64,000 bases of DNA, taken from positions 1 to 64,000 of the forward strand of contig JAUCBJ010000005.1 of assembly GCA_032718475.1 (NCBI GenBank), read 5' to 3'. Made by a program: the position numbers and the translations under genes. This DNA comes from Nemertoderma westbladi. Its lineage: Eukaryota > Animalia > Xenacoelomorpha. Positions 26,640 through 38,998 of the stretch are shown here, piece after piece. The notes beneath the pieces are model-generated. The model did no database searches. It worked only from the letters and a program-made list of their open reading frames with translations, and was not told where the DNA came from. Position 1 is the stretch's first letter. Every line of letters begins with the position of its first letter.

Positions 26640-28480
26640 ATTAATACAGGAGCAATAAATAAAATACAGTAAAATAAATACAGTAAAATAACTAAATAAA
26701 ATACAGTAAAATAACTAAATAAAATACAGTAAAATAACTAAATAAAATACAGTAAAATAACTAAATAAAATACAGTAAAATAACTAAATAAAATATTAAC
26801 TACAAAAATACGTTTTATGGTTCTAAAAATAAATTTATTAATTAATTGAGCTTGTTTAGCTCCGCTAAAGTGGGACAGGGCAGGAGGCATTGTAGTGCGT
26901 GAAAAAGTGACCCACAAGAGGCGCCGTAGAACCTACATACACATGTAGGTGATGGCTGATGGAACTTCTTGGCGCTAAGGCATAGTTTGTGGTGGAACCC
27001 GTGAGCTGTCATGTGGGTAATTAAGTGCCTGTTCTTTTGGCCTGAACGCTTCCATGTCGAGGTGTTAAAGGCGGGACCCAGAATGAATTGCCGCGCATCG
27101 AAACTGGCTTCTCGTTCAACACGGAAAGCTCGGTAGTTAGCTAACACATCGTTGTTGAAGACTGAGTTGTTTTTCGACACAATGTCTTCAACAAGTGACT
27201 TTTCATCAAGAAGATGGAGAGCTAGAGTTGAAGAAGCCGATGTATGTAGCGATAACATGCGTTTGATATGTGCTGTCTTTATTTTGTCTAAATCTTTTAG
27301 GTGTTGCAATTTGAGGTGATGGCCAATAGCATCAATTGCATATGTAGCATTCATTTTTGATTCATTTTTTCCCTGATGTGCAAGATGAAGCTCAGGGAAG
27401 GTTGCAAGTTAACACCCAGATACTCATATTTGTTTGCTATGGTAACCAGTTTGCCACCATAATAAAATTTATCACAGAGACATAGACGTCCACCTTTTCT
27501 AAACTTTACTATCTTGGTTTTAGTGAGATTGACATCCATCCCATTAGCGATGCACCAAATTTGAAGCACGTTGAGAACGCGTTGGATGTCTTCGCGGTTG
27601 TTTGAGTAAAACACCAGATCATCAGCGTAAAATATGAACTTGATGAAAGCGGCTGCCGTTCGAATTGCTTCAGCGAGGTCGGCAATGTAAATGATGAAGC
27701 ACATTGGTGATAGTGAGTCACCCTGAAGAACACCGCGTAGTTGGCAAATCAGATTTGTGACCTTAATGCCGTCGTAAACCCGGAAATAGTTTGAAGTCAG
27801 AGCTCTAATTATGTTAAAAAGTTTGCCTTTGACGCCGCTTTTGTGTAGTTTTGACAATAGCACTGTACAACTGATCGAATCAAACGCCTTTCGTGAGTCC
27901 ACAAAGACAGCATATGTGTGGCGAGATTCTGAACTAGGTGAGTTTAGCGAGGAAGCGATGTCGGAAAGGAGTAGCTTGATTGCACCGATAGGTTACCTCC
28001 CGGAGGTAAAACCGTATTGTTCAGGGGGGATTACCGAGGGATCAATGTTCCGCCGAATTCTCAAGTTTATTATGGCAGTAGAAATCTTTAGGAATACACT
28101 TAACAATGCAATGCCTCTGTAATTGTCGGGACTGGAGATTGCACCTTTCCCTTTGTAGAGTATGATGAGGAGACTCTCCAACCATCTAAATGGAAGGTTG
28201 CCTAGATTGAGACACGTGTTATATAAGATAACCATGAATACGAGAACAAACGGTGCCGCTTGTTTCAGATGTTCATAATAGATCTGATCTGGATCACTGG
28301 CTTTATTGTTAGAAGAGTTGGTTAATACCCTCTGAATCTCCATTTCTGAGATCGGGTCGTTAAACCACTCCGACTCTTCCAGTTCGGAGCTGGTAGTTAT
28401 TGGGATGGGAGGAGCGTTCGGTGGCTCATTGCTCATTCCAAGAACAGAGCGGGATGATGAATGGAAGAATGTTTTAGGCT
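26640..28480 (-). mobile_element. 5'-truncated LINE RT ORF (frameshifted) with 23-bp repeat 3' tail
   Basis: YKGKG..PDNYRGIAL, QYGFT, DSRKAFDSI, GVLQGDSLSP, FYADD, YEYLGV; tail of (aaaataactaaataaaatacagt)n at ~26655-26795. Confidence 0.88.
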
Positions 28481-28487
28481 CGTTAAG

Positions 28488-29170
28488 CTAAGGAATGTCT
28501 GTTCACCACCATTGGTGATCTTCCACAGTAAACCCTTCCACTCTGTTTCCTAAAGGGATGCCTGTTCACCACCATGGGTGATCTTCCACAGTAAACCCTT
28601 CCACTCTGCTGTTTCCTAAAGGAATGCCTGTTCACCACCATGGGTGATCTTCCACAGTAAACCCTTCGACTCTGTTTCCTAAAGGAATGCCTGTCCACCA
28701 CCATGGGTGATCTTCCACAGTAAACCCTTCCACTCTGCTGTTTCCTAAAGGAATGCCTGTTCACCACCATGGGTGATCTACCACTGTAAACCCTTCCACT
28801 CTGTTTCCCAAAGGAATGCCTGTTCACCACCATGGGTGATCTTCCTCAGTAAACCCTTCCACTCTGTTTCCTAAAGGAATGCCTGTCCACCACCATGGGT
28901 GATCTTCCACAGTAAACCCTTCCACTCTGTTTCCTAAAGGAATGCCTGTTCACCACCATGAGTGATCTTCCACAGTAAACCCTTCCACTCTGTTTCCCAA
29001 AGGAATGCCTGTTCACCACCATGGGTGATCTTCCTCAGTAAACCCTTCCACTCTGTTTCCTAAAGGAATGCCTGTCCACCACCATGAGTGATCTTCCACA
29101 GTAAACCCTTTCACTCTGTTTCCTAAAGGAATGCATGTTCACCACCATGAGTGATCTTCCACTTCCACAG
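28488..29170. repeat. ~63-bp tandem repeat (62-66 bp), about 11 units; last unit split by a hAT-type insertion
   Basis: Unit aaggaatgcctgttcaccaccatgggtgatcttccacagtaaacccttccactctgtttccta. The remainder resumes at 30656-30690. Confidence 0.92.
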
Positions 29171-30655
29171 TAGGGCGGTGCGTTTTTTATCTTTTTTCGA
29201 TTTTATTGTTCTACCGGTGCACAAAAGTTGCCAAATGGTATAAAATTAAGGCAAAAAAAATTTATATAAATTTCATCGATATCTTGACGGATCCCAAGGG
29301 GGTTGAAATTTTGTGCCATCGCGATGCACCACAATGAAATTTATAAGAAAATAATAAATTTAAATTATATATATACATTTAAAATATAACACTTTGATGA
29401 AAGATCAATGACGCAAGAAAGAACTTCCTTCATGCATCAAATGTCATCAAATGGGTCCAAACCTAGTTTGATACCAAAATTTTAAATTTTGGATCAAGGG
29501 AACTAGTGCCACAGGCACATGGCCAGAACCTACCCTTTGGCGCAGGTGACGATCATTCTCAATTTTTACGATGGCCAACTTTTATTACACCTACGGCATT
29601 AATAGTAGGCTCATTAGAACCATAATGACCGATTTAGTGGGGGTAGACGCCTTCAAAACAAACGTAGAGCGAATAGTTTTTGAGATATCGCAGAAAATGT
29701 GAAGTCCGGCACAAATCTAAATTACCGCCTTGAAGCGATATGGGCAAATACACTAACAATGATACTTTGAATTATCTTAAGGCATCAAAAAATATACACA
29801 TCACTGCAACAAATTGATTTAGTGTATACAGACACCTATAGTTATAGATAGACATGTATATTGTATATAGATATGTATAGACACCTATAGTTCACTATAG
29901 TTTTTTGTACGAAATTTGTGGAATGGGTCAACTCCATCTCAATATCAAGTATCAATAAATTGGTGAACATAGTCTTGACATTTTGTAAAATAGCCCAAGA
30001 ACTACTGACTCTACTCTTATTTTGAAGGTGTCTACACCCACTACAATGATCATTTTATGTGATGTGTCTATTCTTGATTCCTTGAGATAATTCAAAGTAT
30101 CATTTTTAGTATATTTGTCCATATTGCATCAAGGCGCTAATGTTGACTTGTGCCGGACTTCACATTTTCTGCGATATCTCAAGAACTATTCGCTCTATGC
30201 TTGTATTGATGGTGTCTACCCCCACTAAATCGGTCATTGCGGTTCTAATGAGCATATTATTAAAGCAGTAGGCGAACTAAAAGTTGGCCATCGCGAAAAT
30301 TGAGAATAATCGTCACTTGCGCCAAGGGGTAGGTTCTGGCCATGTGCCTGCGGCACTAGTTCCCTTGATCCAAAAATCAAAATTTTGGTTTCTAACTAAG
30401 TTTGGACCCATTTGATGATATTTGATACATGCAGGAAGTTATTTCTTGAGTCATTGATCTTTCATCAATGTGTTATATAGTTTTAAATTTCATTATGGTG
30501 CATCGCGATGGCTCAAAATTTCAACCCCCTTGGGATCCGTGAAGATATAGACTAAATTTATAGAAATTTTTTTGCCTTAATTTTTTACCATTTGGCAACT
30601 TTTGTGCACCGGTAGAATAATGAAATCGAAAAAAAGTACAAAACGCACCGCCCTA
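29171..30655. mobile_element. Non-autonomous hAT-type foldback element with ~630-bp imperfect TIRs
   Basis: Termini TAGGGCGGTGCG...CGCACCGCCCTA; 8-bp TSD TTCCACAG (29163-29170 / 30656-30663); arms 29171-~29803 and ~30059-30655 are reverse complements. Confidence 0.88.
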
Positions 30656-30900
30656 TTCCACAGTAGAACCTTTCACTCTGTTTCCCAAGTTACCTTGGTA
30701 AACAGTGGTAAATGTCTTGGTAAATATTATATAAATATTAAATTTTTACTCGCAAATCGAATCTCGATTATTAATTACGGGTAATGAAGAAATAAGATGG
30801 AGAGTTTTAAAGCTCAACCAAATAATAATTAATATTCTAGAAAAAAAAGACAAAAATTTTAAGACAAAAAAATCAGTATTATAGCGATTTACAGTCTCCT

Positions 30901-31107
30901 CAACACTATAATCCACAGCACATGGTCTGTACAATGGCTATCATCAATGGAGATAAATAAAATATATCAGCAACACTATAATCCACAGCACATGGTGTGT
31001 ACAATGGCTATCATCAATGGAGATAAATAAAATATATCAGCAACACTATAATCCACAGCACATGGTCTGTACAATGGCTATCATCAATGGAGATAAATAA
31101 AATATAC
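30901..31107. repeat. 70-bp tandem repeat x3
   Basis: caacactataatccacagcacatgg at 30901, 30971 and 31041. Confidence 0.9.
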
Positions 31108-31894
31108 TTTTTCTAGAATTTTAATGTTACTAAGTTAGTTATTCGTTAGCAGCGTATGGCTATGGCTGCAACGCTTCAATACGGTTATTTGCTGTGTAAC
31201 GAGGATATCACCATAACACTCATTAAGTTCACAAAATGTAACAAATTATATATTTTCCTTAAAATATTCCCTTTCATGTCCGCAAAAGTGCGGACAATAA
31301 AGTAATCCAATCAATCTTCTTAAAATGCGGATAATAAAATATTTATCCAATCAACGATCTAGAAGTTTATTCTGTTGATTTCTCATTATTTATTCTAGAA
31401 CAGTAATTAATTACGTCGGTAATTATTAATAAATTTAGCATTAAAATGTTTAGTTGTCGTATCTTTTGATCCAGTAGCTATATACATTAATCAAATTTTT
31501 GGTTTAAAAGCTGATTAAAAGTCTGACAGAAAATGTAACTTTCTTTTTATAAAAATTAAATATTATGCAAATAAATATTCTATATATTATAAGATTATTT
31601 TCACAATACTCGAGATATTATATTTACCGAGCGTAGCGAGCTTAATTACAAATTATAATTATAAATTACATTTTAAGAATTTAATAGCTGTTTAATAATA
31701 TATTTAATAGTGAAAATAATGTAAAAGAAGTTAAAATAAGGAAGGAGTTAATAAAATGTTCTATATCAAAATAAAAATTTATTAGAGTTTATATTCTAGA
31801 ACGGTAGATAACAGTAAAACATTTACCATATATAAAAACTGTTTAGTAGCCGTGTGGGAATTATAAATACAATTAAATTATTCATTCCGAGAGA

Positions 31895-33388
31895 ATGTCG
31901 TCCAAAGGAAGAAAAACAAAAAGCAATCGTAAATCGTACGACGTTGATGGGTTGTTACAGAAACGCTGCAATGTATTCCTAAGACGATCTCAATTAAACA
32001 TCCACAGATTAGGGTCGCGAAAAGAAACAGTGACCCTCGATAAACTACCTAAACTACAAGATGTTACTGACAACGACATTCAGAATGTATTGCAGGAGAA
32101 ATTGAAACAACTTTGCGTCATTCTCGATTTCTCTGAAACCAATGAAGAAGTCGCTGCAAAGGATATTAAGCATGATTGTCTGGAAGATATCATAGAATAT
32201 ATTAAGGAGAGTGGTCTAAAGAAGATAAACAGCTCAATAGCTTACTCTCTAATGTTTAAAATGTTTGAGGCCAACATATTTGGAGATAGAGACAGTGTCT
32301 CTTCTATAAGTATAACAAAAGTAGAAGTGTTTGATACCGAAGATACTTCAGATGACGCCGAAGCCAGTATTATTGAGCCGGGGTGGCCTCACATACGTCT
32401 CGTTTACTGGCTGTTCTTTGAGTTCGCAAGAAGTCCGGACTTTGACGTGGAATTAGCTGAACCTTTAGTCGGGAAGTCTTTCATTAGCAAAATCGTTGAG
32501 AAACTCCAAAGTGAGATACAAAGGGAAAGAGATTACTCTAAGTTAATAATCCATCAATTATATTCTAAGATAGTAGCTATTCGTGTTGCCTTTCGTGCGG
32601 AGATCCGCAATGCTTTATTAACTTGTGTCTATGAGAGTGATAAATTAACATTCGGCCAGACTGTATTACTGAAACCTTCGCCCCCTGTATATCGAGTACA
32701 AGAGATCTTAGAGTTATCTATGAGCATCGCAGAAGGATATAAAGTTCCATTAAACGTGGAACACATAGAATTCTTTAAGAAAGTTGTACTACCGTTGCAC
32801 TCACTGTACGACACCGGTCACTGGTTCCATTTAACCCATTGCATAATTACTTTCTTGAAAAAAGACTTAAGTTTAATTGAAACTGTAATTTTTGCGATAT
32901 TAAAATATTGGCCGAAATTGAAACACGAAAAAGAACAACAATGCTTGTCAGAGTTGTACGATATTCTAGAATACGGATTGGAGCAGGCACCCGAGAGTGT
33001 TAGCAGCGTGATTGTGCCGGTGTTTAAGCAGGTCGCCCGCTCGGTGCTCAGTCCCCACTCCCAGGTGGCGGAGTCCGCACTGAGTTGCTGGAAGTCCCAG
33101 TTGATTAGCACGCTGACGGCGGAGAGGATGGAGGATGTGTTACCGGTGGTGCTCAGCGCACTGCATCGCGCTTCCAAGGAGAACTGGAACAAGAAAGACG
33201 TCTGCACTCAAGCTTTCGATGTTCTCAAGTTCTTTAGGGAAACAGATGAGGAGTTGTTCGATAATTTGGCGAATAAATTGAAAGTTGAAAAGCAAGGAGA
33301 GGCAAAGAGACAGTGGGAAAGAGACGAGGCATGGAAGAGGGTGGAAGCCATGGCAACTGAGATAGGTTGCGTTGCTCCTACAACTTAA
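31895..33388 (+). CDS. PPP2R5: Intronless, diverged PP2A regulatory subunit B' (B56), nested antisense in a myosin V intron; probable retrocopy
   Basis: Intact 497-aa ORF with B56 motifs: LPKLQDV..QEKLKQLCVILDF, EPGWPHIRLVY, ERDYSKLIIHQLYSK, VVLPLH, ILKYWPK, SPHSQVAESAL, NWNK. Confidence 0.9.
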   Translation: MSSKGRKTKSNRKSYDVDGLLQKRCNVFLRRSQLNIHRLGSRKETVTLDKLPKLQDVTDNDIQNVLQEKLKQLCVILDFSETNEEVAAKDIKHDCLEDIIEYIKESGLKKINSSIAYSLMFKMFEANIFGDRDSVSSISITKVEVFDTEDTSDDAEASIIEPGWPHIRLVYWLFFEFARSPDFDVELAEPLVGKSFISKIVEKLQSEIQRERDYSKLIIHQLYSKIVAIRVAFRAEIRNALLTCVYESDKLTFGQTVLLKPSPPVYRVQEILELSMSIAEGYKVPLNVEHIEFFKKVVLPLHSLYDTGHWFHLTHCIITFLKKDLSLIETVIFAILKYWPKLKHEKEQQCLSELYDILEYGLEQAPESVSSVIVPVFKQVARSVLSPHSQVAESALSCWKSQLISTLTAERMEDVLPVVLSALHRASKENWNKKDVCTQAFDVLKFFRETDEELFDNLANKLKVEKQGEAKRQWERDEAWKRVEAMATEIGCVAPTT

Positions 33389-33766
33389 TTATCGTGATTG
33401 GCGGTTACTAACGTTACATCACACAAATAATCAACATTATTCATTCATACGCCAATTACATAGAGATAAATATGAATATTTGTTTGAAAAATAACTATTT
33501 TTACATTGGAATGTAAAACAAATATCATCTCAATAACATTTCACTATAGTAGTATAATTAAATATAATCACTCATCATCAGGGATGGATTATGGATTATC
33601 TGGGTCCACCCAGGCAGCCCCCAAATTTCGGGCCCCTTCCCTGGGCAAAAAAGTTACGTTTCGGCAAAGAGTTGCGTTTCCTCAAAATATAAAAATAAAT
33701 TCCTATAGATGTGTTAGATCCGGGTTGAATTCAATAATTAAAATTGGAGTGGTCTTTATGATAATT

Positions 33767-36700
33767 CGATGGCACAATGACGAACAGTCGTATTCATGTT
33801 TTGATGATTTTGAGTAAATGGCGTTTGAAAATTTTTAGTTTTTAAATTATGCATAACTTGCAATCAACTTTATAAAACCGCTTCATATTTCATTGTAACA
33901 ACAATTTTGATGATGGCTTTCAGAAAAAAATGATTTTTTTTATTTAAATAGTTTGACGTCATGTAATGACGCCATATTTGAAATACGCCGTTTCGTCAAA
34001 AAAATATCAAGGGCTTTTGCCAAAATAAGTCAAGTAGTATATTTTTACATATAGCATAAGCCCGGTTCACAATGGAGCAATAAGGTCCTCCATTGTAATT
34101 CTGAATATAATTAATTATAGTTTTGCTAAAATTAGAAACGATTATTTGTTCTTATGTGTATTACTGGGTCTAAGGCCTTTAATCCTTCCTTAAAACTTGT
34201 TTCTTCATTGTGAACAACTACTGTACCAATTTATTATTCCCTATTGCTCCATTTCCTTCAAGCTTTTTAGAGTTTAAAGAGTTTAGTTCTCGTCGTGTCC
34301 TTGGTACAAGATGTAACTGCGCCCATCGCAACACCAAGGAAATTAAAGACTGTAGGTTAGTTAATGAGGAAGTTCGCAAGAATCTTATGGAATCGTTTTA
34401 TGATCTTGGCAGTTTAGAGGAGCAGCGTAAATATATATTGCGCCATGTTAGACGATGTCAATACCATTGTCCAGTTGTTAAAAGAAAGATCAACAATAAA
34501 ATTTATTACCTATACAACAGCAGAGATCGATGAAGCTCAATCTTTACTAACACCTGTCCCACAACCGATCCCAGGTATTGGTAAGGCACATGAGTTGCTT
34601 TTCTTAGATGGAGTATTATACATGAAGCAATTGTCTTGTCTTCCACCACGCGACCTATTATGTACGAAGCATTCAAGTGCAGTGAAAGACTTCGCGATTT
34701 TAGATTTTACAGGGTTTGATATGTCTGATGCTGAACTTTACCCCTCAATTGATTCTCTCCAATTTTTGCCCGAATGAAAACTTTATATAATTTCAAAGTT
34801 TATTGAATTTCGAATTCACTCTGTCCGAACTAATTTTGTTTCTAGGCTATTGTAGCAGCTTACGAATAGTTTGGAATTGTCTGGTTTTGGTTTCTTTTCT
34901 GTGGTCGATTATATGAATTTTTAAAAATAATACACAATTTTGACAAAACTTATCTTTCTCGGAAAACTTACTAAAAAGTTATGTATGGAAAATTAACTAA
35001 ATACATACGTACATGACTATTATATTGTTACAATGTGGGGACATCGCATTACACGATAGGCCTACCAATAGAGATATATGAATATATTGTTACAGGGCTG
35101 GGACATCGCATTACAGGGACAATTTACAGCCTAAAAATTCGTATTACATGGAGGGACAAACCATTACAGGCGGGACACATACTTTACCTTGATTATTTCT
35201 TTAAGATTTTATCTAACATCTCGGAGATTGTCACCATTGAATTCTCCTTAAAAAATGCTTTCAGAATATATATAGTTTTGTATGGTTTCAATGGAAATGA
35301 AATTTCAGGAATATTTCAGTTCTATTTGGCCACTTTCGGTGAGAATCACCCTACATCACTTTGTGAACCAAAGGGGAAAAAGAAACAAACTCTTAATTAC
35401 ACACTATTTAAAGATGGTGAATACGTTTCTGTTTGCAAACAACTTTTTCTCAAAACTTTTAATATAAGCGAGAAATTTGTTTATACAACCATCAAGAAGC
35501 TGTCTGCAGATGGTGTCTTGGAAGGAGAGAAACGAGGTGGTCGAGTAGCATCTCTAAAAGTGAAAGATGAGTTTCTTGAAACAAGAACAAGTGAGCATAT
35601 TGATAGATTTCCAAAGGTCGATGCACATTATACCAGGAAAGATTCCAAGAAGAATTATTTATCGGAGGATCTTTCTGTTCCAAAGATGTTCAGAATGTAT
35701 AAAGCTGAAGAAAAGAGAGCAGGAAATCCTGCTGCTTCCTTTAGTAAATATTATAACGTCTTTCAATCGAAAAACCTAGCTATCCATCACCCAAAGAAAA
35801 ATTTGTGTGGTCTTTGCGAAACGCACCGTAGTGCTGTAAAGACCCAAAATATTGTTGGTGGTGAGATTAATGCTGAGCTGAAAGAAGAGTACGAGCAGCA
35901 CACTAGTGAAAAGTTGAAATATAGAGAGATAAAAGAGGATTTAACAAAAAGAGCAAAAGCTGATGAATGTAACCAAATCGCCGCAGCTTCATTTGACCTT
36001 GAGCAGGTCATTTACCTTCCAAAATCCAACAGGGCGGAAATCTTTTATAAGAGACGTTTAGCAAATTATAATTTTACAATATATAATCTGGCTTCAAAAG
36101 AGGTACATTGCTATTTGTGGCATGAAGCAGTCGCTCAGCGGGGATCGAATGAAATCTCATCATTTCTTAATAAGTGGCTTCATTTCCAAGATGGTCGGGG
36201 AGTGACAGACATTAAACTGTTTGCAGATGGATGCAGCGGCCAGAATAAGAACTCGATTTTGCCTGCTATGTTTCGTGAATTCCTAGGGAATTCGAAGAAA
36301 GCAGAGAGTGTTCATCTAATTATATATGTGCCAAATCATGGTCAATGTGAAGGGGACTCAGTCCATGCTTGTGTGGAGAGGGCCATGAAGCGCTGCGGGG
36401 ATATTATGCTTCCATCACAGCTTATACCTGTAATTAAGTTGAGTAGAAATATACCGTATAATGTAATAGAAGTTACTAGTGATGATATAAACGATTTCAA
36501 GGAGTATTCCAGATCTCTTGGAATCTTAAAGACCAGAGAGAGTGACAATGGGGTGAATGTCAATTGGCCTTCAATGTGCCAAATATTGGTTAAAAAGGTA
36601 GACCCAGAGAAAATTTACTTCAAGAATATGCATCAACAACCGGAATTTGATGCCATTACTCTTCCCAAAATTCGAGAAAAAAAATATATTTCAGCTATAG

Positions 36701-37814
36701 CTAAAGCATATTCTTCAGCTCCACGATTGGCTACAGGAAAGTATGATGACCTCGTTTCGCTCTGTACTGGTAATACACCAGTGATACCCGCCGTGTATTC
36801 GCAATTTTATCTTTCCCTTCCACATCAGTAATTCAACAAACATATTGGAAAACTTAACAACAAGTACTCATACTAATCTTATGAATTAACTCAATACTCA
36901 TTGAAGGAAAAGTAATTAAATAATATTGTTCTCTATAATTCTTAAAATATTTTACATTCAGAAGAAAACAATTCATTGTTTTCCATTTATACGGGGGGCG
37001 GGGGGGGGGGGGGGGGGGGGGTGGTCGAGGGCGAATCAATAATGTCAATTTTCAATTTAGGGAAAGGAACAGGTTCCTGTGACCGGTTATTCTAACCAAC
37101 ACAACAATAATCGAAAGAGAAGTTACAGTTTCATTTTTGCTTCTAATAAGCTGTTATTTCCATCGATTTTCCCCGGGAGAGTTAAATGTTGATCTTCTGG
37201 GGGGATAAATAAAAGTGTTGTATTATGAGAGTATTTAACATTGGAAGTAAGTGTGGCATCATCTCTGCCTTATATTAACACCCAAGAGAGCGAGAGTGGA
37301 GCCTTTGGATTGCCTTTGGTGTTTTGTGTTTCACGTCCAACAATAACTTTATTACTTTACAATATGAGCAGTGTTGTACCCACCCACTTGCATAAAAATA
37401 AATGTATCATAAATTTTCTGTCAAGTTCAACTCTACTGTCATTGTTTTGGGCAAATTAGTTAATATTGCATATTGAAATATGAATAAAACATCAATATAA
37501 CAATATTAGTAAGGTTTCTTACATTTTAGTTTATATTTTTATAAACATTAATAGGTCGTATTACAAGATAATCATTGACTAACTTTTTGACGAACAGACG
37601 TTTTGGAAAATTTTTCTTATACGACCTTTCGTCAAATTAAAATTGTTTAGAAATACGATATAAGGCCGTTTGCTTTTTACTGTACAGTGTTTAATACTGA
37701 AGATATGAATACGACCTTTTGTCAAAACATAGTTCCACCTTTTATGAACTCAAATACCCAATAAAGTCAAAATCGCAAAAATTGCCAATACGACTGTTCG
37801 TCATGGTGCCATCG
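33767..37814 (+). mobile_element. Sola1-type DNA transposon
   Basis: TIR CGATGGCAC(A/C)ATGACGAACAGTCGTATT at both ends; 4-bp AATT TSD (AWWT-type); encodes a DDD-type transposase. Confidence 0.82.
35362..36831 (+). CDS. Sola1-type transposase main body (N-terminal part at ~34290-34459 is separated by an insertion)
   Basis: Motifs VCKQLFLKTFNIS, HIDRFPKVDAHY, PKKNLCGLC, FDLEQV..FYKRRL..NFTIY..CYLWHE..RGSNEISS, FADGCSGQNKN, HGQCEGDSVHA, KYDDL..YSQFYLSL. Confidence 0.8.
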   Translation, partial: CEPKGKKKQTLNYTLFKDGEYVSVCKQLFLKTFNISEKFVYTTIKKLSADGVLEGEKRGGRVASLKVKDEFLETRTSEHIDRFPKVDAHYTRKDSKKNYLSEDLSVPKMFRMYKAEEKRAGNPAASFSKYYNVFQSKNLAIHHPKKNLCGLCETHRSAVKTQNIVGGEINAELKEEYEQHTSEKLKYREIKEDLTKRAKADECNQIAAASFDLEQVIYLPKSNRAEIFYKRRLANYNFTIYNLASKEVHCYLWHEAVAQRGSNEISSFLNKWLHFQDGRGVTDIKLFADGCSGQNKNSILPAMFREFLGNSKKAESVHLIIYVPNHGQCEGDSVHACVERAMKRCGDIMLPSQLIPVIKLSRNIPYNVIEVTSDDINDFKEYSRSLGILKTRESDNGVNVNWPSMCQILVKKVDPEKIYFKNMHQQPEFDAITLPKIREKKYISAIAKAYSSAPRLATGKYDDLVSLCTGNTPVIPAVYSQFYLSLPHQ

Positions 37815-38349
37815 AATTATTATGCAAGGTATTAATAAGTACACAGTACTAATATTATTTTATTTATTTGTGTGGAATTAATTTCGCACTACCAAATCGT
37901 CAGGGCGACATACTTTCTAACTTTACATCGCAGTGCGACATTATTTCTCATGTATCTACGCCATACATTTTACTATAAGTATATCCAATATATCCAGTAT
38001 GTAACTGCGTGATTATTAGGTTGTTCAAGAAAGTTTAAGTGCATAACTACAAATAATTCCCAACAAATAACAGAATTATATATAGATTCGCCATTGTTAA
38101 TAATTATCATTTTTTTTGTTGGGTACAGCTTTGCAAAGTCGGCAATAACGTCTAGGTGAATCAAACTGGAAACTGGTGACCTCCGGGTTGGAAGTCTGAC
38201 GCTGTAACCATTCAGCTAGCGGCTCAGGTAAAAGATAGACCTGGAAATACTGAAATGCCTATCTTTTTTTGCCGAAACGCAACTTTTTTTGCCGAAACGC
38301 AACTTTTTTGCCGAAACGCGACGACACCGACAAGACTACTTTCTTTATA

Positions 38350-38998
38350 CACCATGTCCCGTAATATAGTGTCATTTTCCGATGACACGGACCCCCCCCC
38401 CCCCAATATTTTCTACAAATCTTTATCATATTGTTTGAAATTTGAAACACCACTAGTTCCACTCACCGTGGTTGTTACCATGAAGACGGAATTTTCGATT
38501 TCGTCTTTAAATTTTATTTATAAGCGTTTCAAAAAAGTGTCTTTTGCGAAATCGCACCCTCCGTATAATTGCCATTCTTCACATTAGTCATAATTGTTTC
38601 ATATCAATAGAAAGCTTGCGTTGCAAGGATTACAAATATGTAACAATGTCTGAATTTCGTTGAGAAACAGCTGATAAATAGGGGTTTAAAGATTGCAAGA
38701 ATTATCCTTCGCTGAAGGCAATTTATTCTATTTAATAAATAAACGATGTTCAGGAACATTTTGTTTAAGTATGAATAGCTACGCAATAGATATAGTGGAT
38801 AGGATTACCGCTGTTGCCAACCAACTCATAAAATAAATAACACGTTCTAGAATATTGTGTATTTATTGAATAGAATAAATGGCCTTCAGCGAACGATGAT
38901 TCTTGCGTGTAATTCCCGTGTCATCAATAATTTAAGTTAAGTTAAGTTCAATAATTCCCGTGTCATCAGAAAATGACACTATATTACGGGTCATGGTG
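38350..38998. mobile_element. MITE with ~40-bp TIR; a longer foldback relative lies at ~62491-63360
   Basis: CACCATG(T/A)CCCGTAATATAGTGTCATTTTC..GATGACACGG at the left end and its reverse complement at ~38958-38998. Confidence 0.75.

Noticed and set aside
28488-29170. CRISPR-like array (also considered for the other regular arrays)
   Set aside because: Contiguous units with no unique spacers, no cas genes, and eukaryotic intronic context.
35035-35361. N-terminal 109 aa of the 598-aa transposase ORF
   Set aside because: Non-ATG start and low-complexity sequence that belongs to the inserted block rather than the transposase.
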